The notes beneath the pieces were generated by a model. The model had not been told where the DNA came from. It made no database searches and worked only from the letters and a program-made list of their open reading frames with translations. The position numbers and the translations under genes were made by a program. A DNA stretch of 63,953 nt, counting the filler, from Porpidia crustulata (lineage: Eukaryota), in NCBI GenBank assembly GCA_964255105.1. It is 3 parts of 3 records of this genome, joined end to end, with 100 filler letters (N's around TTAATTAATTAA, not from the genome) between each part and the next. Parts side by side here need not be neighbours in the genome. Positions count along the whole stretch, not along the records: positions 21,953 to 43,770 come from CAXUWE010000096.1; 2 more parts are not named here. The stretch is one strand, 5' to 3'. Positions 29,218-40,910 of this stretch are shown here, piece after piece (position 1 is the first letter of the stretch; every line of letters begins with the position of its first letter).

Positions 29218-30649
29218 GGCCTCGAACGGCTTGTTTCTTGCCCAACGGCTGTTCGCATCTGGTTCTGCAGGTCACAGACGCATGGTGTGTTTGAGAAAAG
29301 CGCAATTGGGCCGTTGGTTGGAGAAATGTCCGTGCAAGGGTCCGGGTGAAATGGTAGGAGTCTTCAGCACATTGTGGTAATATGAATGATTAAAAGAGCC
29401 AATCGCAATAGCGGGAGGAAATGGAGATTAGTGAGAAGCGAAGATTGCTGGGACTGAAAAGACGTAGATCTCCGCCAAGAAAGAGCAAATGGCCGTGCTC
29501 CGTTGTGCGGCAAGTGAAGAAGGAGGTAGGATAGCAGTAGTCTTGGAGTCTCGCGCAACTTCGCAATTCGCAAATTCAGATGAGAGCAGAAATGAACATT
29601 CAGGTTAAGTTCAGAAACGAGAAAGGCTCTCCACCACCGTGCCCTAAGAACCCAAAAGAGTAAGTGCCTAAGAGGCACCCGAGGTACCACCGCTTGAAGG
29701 ACGAAATTGGAGGCCCCGCGCCGAACATCCTTGCAAGGCCTAGAGTAGAGTATTCGCACGAAGATGCAGGTCCAGCCGCACCTCTCTGATCACACTAGAT
29801 TGGCACTGGGCAGTTAGTTCTCACCAGTCTGGCCTCTTCGAACTTTGTATGCGCATTGCAATCTCGACGTCGTCTTTGCGTCTATCATTTCGCGGGGAAA
29901 ATCCAATGATCAGCACTGTTGGACACAAATAAGTCCATGGAATCCGAACGGAGAGATCAGCATCTGCGCGGACATAGACTCTTTTTGCCATGACATCCAG
30001 TCAACACGAGGACAGCGACACGTGGATAACACAATATATTGAGGTCGAAGTTGAAACTAGGTTGAGGAGGATTTTATGTTCTCCGCATGTCTCATATCGC
30101 CGTTAATCTAAGACATTGCTACTCTTCATCCCTTCGTTAAGTCCCTACAAAGTCCCTCTCAAATCACTCCGCTGTAGCCGATGATGGATTGAGAATAAGA
30201 ACATTGAATCCATACACTGAATACGCTTAATATCCAGCCAAATCATTCAAATGATGGTCAATCAAAAAGTGATGTATCGCCAGAAAAGATCTTATCCGCC
30301 AAAGGTTGCGTCAATTGACCTTATTTGTACTCCATATATATGGCCCGTTTGAATTGGCGTTTGCGGTAACAAATGCAATGCCTCCCAATCTTGCTTCTGG
30401 GTCTCGCCAGGATCATCTCCAACGTGGTGGGTTGGGAGGGTCAGAATTCTGGGTGATTCGGACAAGTTCTTGAAAAGAACGAATGCCATCTCACTCGGTT
30501 CACTATGACCAAATAGCTATTCGTCTCGGCTCTCATATCAAGTTAACCTGGACATAAGCATCGTGAGCGCTACTTCTAATTGAATCTGGTGGAATTAGGT
30601 ATGGGATTCCTAGTGGTTATGTACGAGGTGTCCAAGACAGCTCCCTGTT

Positions 30650-32728
30650 TCAATCGTTGAGCTGCTCCAAAAGCATTTTTGTCCCCGCGTTTCCGACTGC
30701 TCTAGCTTTGGAACCCTTACGCCCGTCTGTCTTCACCACAGGGAGAGTTGCTGCCTCTATCAGCTGTGCTCTGTTGTTCCTCAGCGTCTTCTTCAAGTCT
30801 CCCCGGTGTCTAAAATCTTTGGCTTCCAGTAAGCCAACGACCACGAACGAGTTGCTGCCTATTGCCCAAGCCACTATGTCTTCGCTGATTACGGCATATA
30901 ATTGATCATGGAAGTTCAATGGTGGATCCACGAGATCGACCGTCTTTGATTTGACATTGAAACGTCCACCTACAACTAGAGTCTTGAGCATTCTACCAGC
31001 GGCAGGGGTCTCGAGCAAGGTCTGAATTTCCGGAGATGCGTTTGCAAGGGCAGCAACAGCGGTCAAGGCTGGCTCGCGATCCCCAACTGCTCCTAGAATT
31101 ACATCAGAGATGAACTGGCATCCGAAGCTCGTCCGTACCAGTAGAGCTGCACTCGTCGAGATGAAAGATAGTAAATGTGGGGAAAGGGACGTCAGAAGCT
31201 CATGGCGCCGCAATTCTGGATCCTTTTTCGATGATGTGGTTCGAATCTGATGAACTTCTTTGAGGAGAGCTAGGTCCTCCTCTGGTAGAATAGATCTTGC
31301 CATGCCTGAGAAAAGATATAGCATTGGTATTCGTGCATTGAGATCCAATGCGGCTGTTAGAAGACTAGATTGCATACCCTCTGGCACAGCTTCTTTATCA
31401 ATGAGCTCGGGGAATATTGACTTCGAAATTAATACTGTATCATCGAGAGCATCATAGACTGCAAGAATTACTTTGTGACCGTGGGCATCATAAGCAAGAG
31501 TTCGCATCGTCTTTTTGTAAACCTTCAGCATGTTCTTACGGTCTTTGGCGTTGCCATGAGCAAAGGCCAAGCAGACAAGGCGAGCTCCTGATCTGGTGAA
31601 TGCAAGATTTTTTAGCAGATCACCCTCTTCATCACCCTTCAGCAATTCAATGAACTCCGAAGCTTCCTCACTGCCATGTGGCACATTTAAAAAGTATTGG
31701 AGCATAGCATCATGCAGCATAGTGAACCCTGTTGTCTTCTTCTGCACAAGTTGATTAATCAAATCGTGTAAAGCGCGCATGACCGGAGCTCTCTTCTCAG
31801 GATTCTGTTCTAACAATTGCTGGAGGTCCGCAGAATTTGGTCCTGATCCCTCGAGCTTGAAAAGAGCGTATTCGGCTCCATACCACTCTCGCAGCAAAAT
31901 GGCTTTTTGTGTTGGCGTTGCAATACCACGATATACATCATCTAAGATCCACGAGGCCTCGGGATGTTTGAGCAAACGCCAAACGTGGCCGTAGAATTCT
32001 TGGACTACCATGTCTCTGACCTCTTCATCACCTTGAACGAGGAGTTTACCTATCAAGAATTTCGCGTATCTGCTCTCGGCTAATGCTTTATAGTCTCCTT
32101 TCAGCTCCTTCGCTATCATTTTCCGCTGGTCCAAGTTGCCATATTTAATAGCGGTTTGGATTACCCGGACAGAATCATGCTTAAACACGAAGTCCTTCAC
32201 TCGGTCTGTAATAATATCAAATAGCTCTACTGTCAACGCTTTGCGCTCTTCATGAGGGACGTGAGATTTTCTGCGTAAGCGTTCCCAAATCTTCTTCGTT
32301 CGAGCTATAGAGTCCGCGTTGGGTTTAGCCGCTTTGCGTTCTTGAGCTAGAGCCTTCTGCTTTGCGTGAGATTCTCTAGACGGATTATCTGATTTATGAG
32401 TCAGCTATACGTCCCTTAACCCTCAGACTCAATGAATCTTACAAATATTGGCATCTGTAGACTTCTCCACTGGTTCATTTCCAGTCGCTGATGCCTTCCT
32501 TGGCTTCTGCTCTTTTCCAGATCCGTTGGGAGCCGCATCTTCTTCGTCGGACGGCCAGCTTACGCCATCATCATCCCCACTGTGATCGGTGGTGTCCGAT
32601 TCAACAATAGGGTCTGAATCCGTCTCTGCTTCCAAATTGACCTGCACAGTCTCCTTTTTGGGCTTCTTGCGAACATCAGTAGGGTACGAATGTGACGCTG
32701 GGGACTCCTTGCGCTTTAAGCCGGCCAT
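30650..32728 (-). CDS. PUF6: Pumilio-homology nucleolar protein Puf6 (PUM3/Puf-A); intron 32389-32442
   Basis: Acidic/basic N-terminus, SRESHAKQK...ERKAAKPNA, IWERLRRK, FVFKHDSVRVIQTAIKYG, LAESRYAKFL and a CPL-type C-terminal region. Confidence 0.92.
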
Positions 32729-33289
32729 GGCGTCAATGTCGAGCTCTGATGCGGTTGCTCACAATTTCGAAGAACCGTACCGACGACAATTATTCGCTTG
32801 CAGTAATTTTAGATGATGCAAGTCACTCTTAGTAGATGGTATTTTATTACACTAAGATAGCGCGTATGTTTGCTTCAATCATGTGCGGATAACACCCCTG
32901 TTTTTTGCTTGTTCGGCACTCTGCGATTGTTATTCATTCAATTGCATTCAGGCTGATTTTAACCGATTTTCCTAGTCGAGCTTGAGCACCTATTGAAGAC
33001 TAGCCTGATTGAAGACGTCCTAGATTTGCTTCCGCGAATCCCCTTCAACATGGTGCCGCATACCAATGCTTACGACTTTAAGGACTTTGCTAGAGCTACT
33101 CACCTGTTGATTACCTGTATACCAGGGGATAATGGTATCCTATGGCTATACCGTGTCCGTAGCCATGACAAACTAGAATCAAACGCCTTTCCTCATGCAG
33201 TCAATCCCTCATTAACCATTATATATATCGACAAAGCCCCATTCGCCAGAGTGCCAAACGACATTAATATTCACCCGTGATAATATGTA

Positions 33290-34201
33290 TTATCTGATAA
33301 CCCCATCATCGCTACTTTCCTTCGCAGGTCGCTCGATGCTGCCCAGTTCAGCGCCCTGCCCGCTTTGACCACGCCTTCTACCGGGAATATGAAACCCTCG
33401 ATGACTCGAGCTCGGTCTTGAAGACTCGCCGGTGGGTGATGCCTCTGGGTTTTCACCGAAGCGCGAGAATATGCCTCGCTTCTTGGGTGGCTGTTTAGCT
33501 TCGTCATTGAGTCCCACTTCCTCAAATGCTTCCTCGTCCGTCGGCTGTGGTCGTTCAAATTGATTGGCTTTGATCGCTGATCGTGGCGGGCGTGCCATTC
33601 TCGAATCGAGGCTTTGGCGTGGTACATGTGACTCACTTTGATTTACTGGTGAGCGAGCTGAAATATCCTGAAAATAGTATGAGTGGGGTTCCCACTACGA
33701 CGGCGGGAAGAAGCTCACAAAAGATCTGCGGTAGGAATCGAATGACTCTCGAGAAATCGAAAAGGGCTCATTCTCATTGAGCATACTTCGGTGATTTGAT
33801 GAATTGGTAGAAGACGACGTTCTTTGCCAGAAGCCCTTCTTTTCCGGAGGGGAAGGCTACCCCGATATCAGTCGTTTGACTTCCTCTAAAATAGGGGATT
33901 GATATACCGGGAGATAGACGCCGTTATCATTGACCACTGCATTGTGTTAATTAAAGTCTTATTCTATGCAGCTCCACGATCAACGCGGCGCTAATACAAA
34001 ATGCTTACCACTAAGCTTGTATTCGCTCGGCTCTTCTCTTTTTGCTTTGATGCTCATTGAAGAAGATGTTCTCGAGTCCGCATATTCCGACCTCTTGTTT
34101 CCGGCTTCGGTTCCGTCGGACGCCCTCGGTGGTACGTTCTCGTCAAAAGAACCATTGGCGACTGGCGGCTTCTTTCCGAATGGGTTACGGAAAGGCGGCA
34201 T
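33290..34201 (-). CDS. Small hypothetical fungal protein, multi-exon
   Basis: Exons splice to MPPFRNPFGKKP...EYKLS-VVNDNGVYLP-PSPPEKKGFW...NEPFSISRESFDSYRRSF-DISAR...EEAFEEVGLND...KKRGIFSRFG, with canonical donors and acceptors. Confidence 0.8.
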
Positions 34202-36199
34202 AGTGAAGCTCCTGCGAAGTTTATACAACTATGAGTATCACGTAAATATTGGGGTTTGCAATAAAGCTTTGGTGAAGATATATTGAGCTGTGAAAGACAT
34301 CTGGAAGCCGGAAGTCGGCGTTATCCAAATGGCAAGGATCGACCGGCATCTTAGTGCATATAAAAAACAGGGCTTAGCGAGAAACACGGTGACAGGCAGA
34401 ATTGGAGTACCACTTGGTCATGGAGACGAGATGAAATGATTAAGAAGACACCTAAGTAATTCGTATAGTGGTGACTTTATGTACAGCGTATGAATCATGG
34501 TTTAGTCTGCAAAGAGTTTCAATATAGAGAAGTGGATAATAGCATTAGGCACGGCTACCACGGGCCTCACCCTTTCAACGAGAAGATGCAGCTTGGCGTG
34601 GCCGTCCATGCCGTCCCAGATACTCTGTGGATCTCGCTGAGATAAAGTGCAGAGGCCTTATGAACTACTCTGAGGGACTCTGAGGGATAAGAAGACTGGA
34701 AGATTCTTCGAAGAGCGAAAGCCGTCGCTTCTTCTACCGATTGAATGTGGTGGTACAGTCATTGAATTGAGCAACTCGACCATGCGTTATTGCTCTTATA
34801 ACTCATGAATTATAAACTCAGATTAAGTGTTCGATTTCGAAATCGTCGTATTGTATGTAGCGAAGCATCCATTGACAAGAAGGCTGAGCTACGGCAGCAT
34901 CTCATATACCTATCGAGCAACGCATGTGCAAAGTAAAGCCTTGAATAATGATACATCAAACGACATCTAGATCTAATTCTTCTAAAAGACTGTCAGTAAT
35001 GTGGGGGATTGGAATCTAAACTTAGACAGCGGGAAAACCGAGACACTAAGGCAGGACTTACCGTTTCCCACAAACCGGGAGCCCCAAATTGTGTAAAGTC
35101 TATCGATGAGGTGCCGAGGGGCGTTATTTAACCTACTGTGGGGAAGGACGGGGGTTTGCCTTAGCTTTCCAACCATTCGACTCTTCAACTTTTTCAAGTT
35201 TCATCGAAGCATATAACATAATTGTCGTTACCTAATATGGTGGCGAAGAGCGGACTAGAAGGCCCACATGTAGGTCGGCGGGATACGGTTACTTGCCCAA
35301 TGCAAGATCATGGAACACAACTCGGAACTTGTCTTACCAGAAGATGGTGTACTGTCAAGATAGCTTGGCGAAGGACATGCTCGGGACATGCTCGGGACCC
35401 ACCAAGTATTGAACAGCTCCAGCTCCGTGGGAATGCCTGAGCTGCATTGGCGCGGGACAAATGTTAAGCCATTAGGGTTCAAACCAGTATCGCTTGTATG
35501 TATCTGACAGCCGCAGTGATTAAGAGTTCTCTGGGAGAGCTCAATTGGGAAATGGGATATCGTCAGTTGGAACCTACAGGACCCTGGAGCAGCTTGTGTG
35601 TTATGCATGGAGCGCTTCCTGCATAAGCCAGCGAGGTTTGTGGCAACACAAACAAGAGGCATGACGCGCGAAAAGTGAACAGCAAATGCAACGCAACTCC
35701 ACCTTAATCCTCCATCCACCTCGCCACCCTCCTCTTCAATACGTGTACAAGATCCCTTGCCTTAAAACATCGTTCAGGCCATTCCAACATTTTCTTTGAC
35801 ACCACGTTGAAACCCGTTGTGTGGCTGATGACCTCACTCTGACTTTGACAGGCGCAGGGTTCTTCCTGGCCAACAGTCAACGTTTGGGCAAAACGGCGCA
35901 TCTTCACGATAGTGAAACACCCCACGTGATCGCTAGTAATTCTTTCTGGGCCTTGACACAAATTGCACGGGCAGGCGGTAGAGATATTCAATCTAGCTAC
36001 TTTCCTGTTTGTCGTTACATCTTTCTGGTCATTCACTATTTGTTCTTCCCACCTACCTACCTAGCCATCCTTCGTTTTTCCCCACCAACTCTTACACTCA
36101 TTACCCTCATTATGAACTTAGCCATACCTTAATACAATTCGTGTACTCTCGGCATCGCCCACCTCATAGAAATTAAACAGCAAGGAGCGCACAATAACC

Positions 36200-37709
36200 A
36201 TGGCGTTCTGGGAGAAATGGCAGTTGTGGGAGAAGATGTGCTTCGTGAGTGAAATTAAATATGAGAACACTGAAGCCCAAAGATGCTGACCGTAGTAATA
36301 TCTAGGTACTAGCGGCCTCTATTGTACAGAATCCCGTGCAATATATGGAGAAACGGATCAGCTAACGAGTCTAGGTTGGCGTAATTGCTGGTGGTTCTGT
36401 CAAACTTTTATACAGCCGTTGGAGACTTCGCAAATACACTGCTATTGCAGCGACAAAGGACGCACAACGAAAGGAGATGATGCAAATAGAAGGCGCAACG
36501 AAACGAAGGGCTCCTGACATACCTTTTGGGGTTAGGGCGATTGAGAGTGGTATAGAAGTGGACGGTGTCTGGATCTCACGGTCGAACACTCCGAATACAA
36601 GTCTACCGGGCAGTCCTGCATATTCAGAGTCTTCTGAGCAGAATTTTGGAAACAACGGGGTGTCCTCGGAGGGGCCTTCTCCAACACCGAATGCTTCGCG
36701 GTTGAAGGTGCCACAGCCTACCCTGAATCCTAGCCCTGCTAAATCTGGTACTTCTTCACGACCTCTAAGTTCATCTTTTGATCGAGCTGTGTCGGCTGAG
36801 ATCATTCCATCCCGGCTCAGCTCGTCGGACTTTACATCTCGAGGTCGACACACCTATCAACCTCGCCGCTCTTCGCATTTGCGATTCAGCAATTCGCATG
36901 ACAATGACAGCAGCGACGCCTTGGCGGCTCTTGAAGGACGCCATTTAGTCACAACCACGAGGAAGTCCCAAGCGGCAGGTAAGAGTCATCTTGCTTGGTG
37001 GCTTGTAGCAGTTCGCTGACATGGTGAAGTTGACCATACAAATTCGGGGAGCTCCGAGTCGTGGTCCGAGTCATCTAGCAGCGAAGGCCACAGCGGCTCC
37101 AGCGGCTCCACCAAGCCAAGCCGAATGAGAACCTCACATGATCGTCTGGATCCTGCCGATGCGTCTTACCATAATACATCTGCTTCCAAACGCCGAGCTC
37201 TCGATACTCTTCCGAGCCAGCGGCGATCGCAAGTCGTAGAGACCGGCCAATTTATCCCGCGAAGCCGGCAAAGTGCAGCAAATGGGGACTGGGCAGAAGC
37301 CACAACTCCGGCAGAACATAGATACACATTCACTCAGCATCCATCGCCGTATATCGATCTAGGTGACCTATTTGCAACTCCTAGGCAAGACGAGCAGACC
37401 CAAGAACCACCACCGTTCCAAAATTTTGTCAATCAGAGCCCTCACGGAGCTCGTTCTGATATGACTGAAACGCAAACAACCCGACACCACAGAAGTCAGA
37501 AAGCTCGAAATTCGCAGGTCGAACAGGGAATCAATTCACGATTTGAAATTCTCCAGCCTGGCGCTCTCGATAGACCTCGTCCAAGTAGTGACATTGCCGA
37601 TTGGAAACAGGACTTGGAGGGTGGGAATAAGCATCAGTGGAGGCGTTTACAGCGAAGAAGGGGAGATTCGAATGGGACCGAGTCACGCTTCATCGAGGAA
37701 GTTTGGTAG
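36200..37709 (+). CDS. Hypothetical single-pass membrane protein (introns 36245-36305, 36324-36374, 36979-37029)
   Basis: MAFWEKWQLWEKMCF-VLAASI-VGVIAGGSVKLLYSRWRLRKY (TM helix followed by a basic patch), then DIPFGVRAIESGIEVDGVWISRSNTP. Confidence 0.8.
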
Positions 37710-38170
37710 TCTGCGGTCATGTTGAGATACGCAGAGGCTTTCCCGGAGAAAACGGCGTCCAGAATACGAAGACACGAAGGTATCGAGAGCTCCAAACTCC
37801 AAACTATACGATAAACCGATTACTGATGGAGTCCTTTCATGCTTTGAGAGACTCATCAAAAGAAGAGCATGTCTCTGGCGAGCATTGGCCGGTATTTGGC
37901 GGCTATTACAGTCATGCCGGATGATTTCGCAGAGACTGTACATAGCGGATCAGGTGGTGCGTAAAAGTTGCGCACACGAAATGAAGTGAGCGAAGTATGT
38001 TGCTGCAGACCTTCTCGATCAAGAACATCCTCCACAGAAATCGTTCACGATAGGATGTGACAATTCATGTAGTATGAGATTCATTCGGGGATTCAGATGC
38101 GAGGCTTCGGAGGAGATACTAGAGTAAGCCCGAGCTGCATTCTGGCTCTGCCGGGCGCAAAAGATTATAG

Positions 38171-38224
38171 TCACGTGAATCCGCGCTGCGGGACTCAATC
38201 TACACTGTCGCGTCGCGTCGCGAA
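38171..38224. promoter_or_regulatory. RAD51 promoter: TCACGTGA box and tandem CGCG (MCB/SCB-like) elements
   Basis: TCACGTGA at 38171-38178; TCGCGTCGCGTCGCGAA at 38208-38224. Confidence 0.6.
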
Positions 38225-38348
38225 GATACCCCTACTTGATGAAATCAAACATCCGTTTGCCACCTCATTGTTGTAACTGTTCCTGGCTCTCTACTTTTTG
38301 CCTGTCTTCTTCCATTAAACTCAATACTGTTGTCCACAGACATCTGTT

Positions 38349-39625
38349 ATGATGAGCACAGGCGAAGCTGAGGAAACCCAGTCAGCCTCCGGTGATGGCG
38401 GGGCAGGAGGGCCAGGTGCGCCTACACCACTATCAGTCCTCGAGGTAATTGAAGCTTCTACGAAAGCACATGTATGGAGTGCGATAGATATCTAATCGAG
38501 GATCTAGGGAGTTGCTGGTCTTTCAGCACGAGACATAAAGTTAATCGTTGATGGCGGTTTCAATACGGTTGAGTCTGTCGCATACACGTAGGTGAACGCA
38601 CACCCAGGCTCAGCTACGTTGTACTAACGCTCAGAAAAGGCCCAGAAGGGTTTTGGAGCAAATCAAAGGCATATCGGAGCAAAAAGCGACAAAGGTACTA
38701 GCTGAAGGTAAGCATCTGTGGTAAGCCCTGGACGTAGTAGCTAATTTTCCTCAGCGTCGAAATTGGTACCTATGGGCTTCACTACGGCTACAGAGATGCA
38801 TCAGCGAAGAAGCGAACTCATCTCGATCACAACTGGCTCCAAACAACTGGACACTCTTCTGGCTGGCGGAATCGAGACAGGCTCGGTAACAGAGATATTT
38901 GGGGAGTTCAGGACTGGCAAGAGTCAAATATGCCATACACTTGCAGTGACTTGCCAATTACCGTTCGACATGGGCGGTGGTGAAGGAAAATGCCTGTATA
39001 TCGACACCGAAGGCACCTTTCGCCCGGTGCGCCTTCTCGCAGTCGCCAATCGCTATGGTTTGTCTGGAGAGGAGGTGCTCGACAACGTCGCTTACGCTCG
39101 AGCATACAACTCGGATCACCAGCTTCAGTTGCTGAATCAGGCATCAACGATGATGTGTGAAACTCGGTTTTCGCTGCTTATCGTAGACTCCGCAACGTCC
39201 CTCTATCGCACGGATTTCTCCGGTCGAGGCGAGTTGTCCTCCCGTCAAACGCATCTTGCGAAATTCATGCGAACATTGCAACGATTGGCAGATGAGTTTG
39301 GAATAGCGGTTGTCATTACGAATCAGGTGGTTGCACAGGTCGATGGGGGACCGAGTGCAATGTTCAATCCGGATCCAAAGAAACCCATCGGCGGCAATAT
39401 CATTGCCCATGCTAGTACCACCAGGTTGAGCCTCAAGAAGGGAAGAGGCGAGACGAGGATATGTAAGATCTACGATAGTCCATGTTTGCCCGAGAGCGAT
39501 TGTTTGTTCGCGATTAAAGTAAGTTCTAAGTCTATCCTTGCTGACCGGAACTATGACTTATGTGAGTGGTTTTGTAGGAGGACGGGATCGGAGATCCAAG
39601 CCCCAAGGATTTGGAGAAGGACTGA
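38349..39625 (+). CDS. RAD51: DNA recombinase Rad51 (uvsC/mei-3); introns 38445-38507, 38588-38639, 38708-38754, 39519-39577
   Basis: PMGFTTATE, Walker [35 protein letters not shown] and [12 protein letters not shown]; ends [15 protein letters not shown]. Confidence 0.98.
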
Positions 39626-40112
39626 TACTGTAGAAACGTTAAGGGTTTAATGAAGCGACGGTGGATTTTGGTGCATTGCTGCGGCGCTAGGTGAAGCGTA
39701 GGCGTTCTCGAAGGGCAGATACCTTTACTTATTGATGAAATGTTTATATATTGCGTATACTAGGGCTCCAATGCTCTGTCGATTGCAACCATGAAGTAGT
39801 GTACATTAATAAAGATAGAACGGCTGGCTCTACATCATTCACACAAGAGCTCCGAAACCCGTTGTGCTATATACTTCAATCACCTCAGAAATGCCACATC
39901 TACAAAGGGATCAGCAAAGCCATGGCCTCGAGCCAGAAAGCCATTATGGGAGTCGTACTAGGCTCGATCTTGTTCGGCTAGAAGAAAGTGTGGATCGTTG
40001 TATTCCTCCCCCTGCGTTCGAGTACGTTGATTTCTGCCCAGAGACGTGGTGTCACATTGCCGGGGCACTGATCTCGAGACTGGGAGATTAGACGTCCTCC
40101 AACCCTGCTACC

Positions 40113-40483
40113 TCAAAAAACCGAGATCAATACCGCACGCCACTACAGGAGCATGTTAGGTCTATCTTCATCCATTTCCTTCAACCAATGCTACCATATC
40201 TGGATATTCCTGGCAGAGCAGAGAATGTACCAGCTGCTGGCCCTGACCGCTCTCCTTCCCAAATCTTGTCACATCATCAACGCATTTCATCCAAAGGCTC
40301 TCTTAGCCCGACTTGGGATAATCAGACTTTCCGCATGGGAAGACTTGCAGATCGGCGAACTCTGCGATTGCAAGGGATGGATCAAGCCGTCAGTCTACAA
40401 AGGCATATACAACGCCCACCGTCACGCCGCATATCCTGAGCTCTTCCCTTGCTCGAGGCACTTCGGCGACTGATTTCAGACAT
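40113..40483 (-). CDS. Putative 70-aa protein, four exons (introns 40362-40419, 40265-40312, 40143-40194)
   Basis: Three GT-AG introns of 58, 48 and 52 nt (branch motifs CTGAC, TTGAT, CTAAC) splice into one open frame: MSEISRRSASSKGRAQDMRRDEFADLQVFPCGKSDYPKFGKESGQGQQLVHSLLCQEYPDMWRAVLISVF*. Confidence 0.65.
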
Positions 40484-40910
40484 TCAACCCCATTCCGGGG
40501 ACTTTCTTGCTAGCAATGGATCGCGCGAGAGGAGCAAAAATGGGAACTATGGAAAAGGTGACACAAATTTGATGGGTGCGAGTAGTGGAGCGCATCTGGA
40601 GAGCAATCTTCTGGGTCTTGAAAAGGGATTGCTGCTAGATAATGTTGTTGGGGCGTTGGATAGGGGATAGGAGATGGTTAAGAGGGTGAGATGGGCACGT
40701 TGGGTTCGAGTGTATGACATTTATGATCGCCAAAGGAATTGACACAATGTCCGTGTTGTGACCAATATAAGCCTATGTTATATTTGTGTCATGTTGCTTT
40801 CGCAAGCTCCGACGTAAATATAAATCGCGAGTTTCACGTGACTTCTGCCAACACGCGCAATTGGACTTCGAGGCAGATCAAGTTGCGTCTAGAGGCTACC
40901 AAGGATTCGG

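Noticed and set aside
35472..35479. AACCCTAA on the minus strand as an alternative telomerase template
   Set aside because: An isolated 8-mer expected by chance; no pseudoknot or 3' processing signal seen; lies in a divergent promoter region.
40494..40508. Minus-strand GAAAGTCCCCGG resembling RNase MRP RNA CR-I
   Set aside because: No matching CR-V (GGGGCTYA) or GARAR loop downstream; the region is better explained by the spliced 70-aa ORF.
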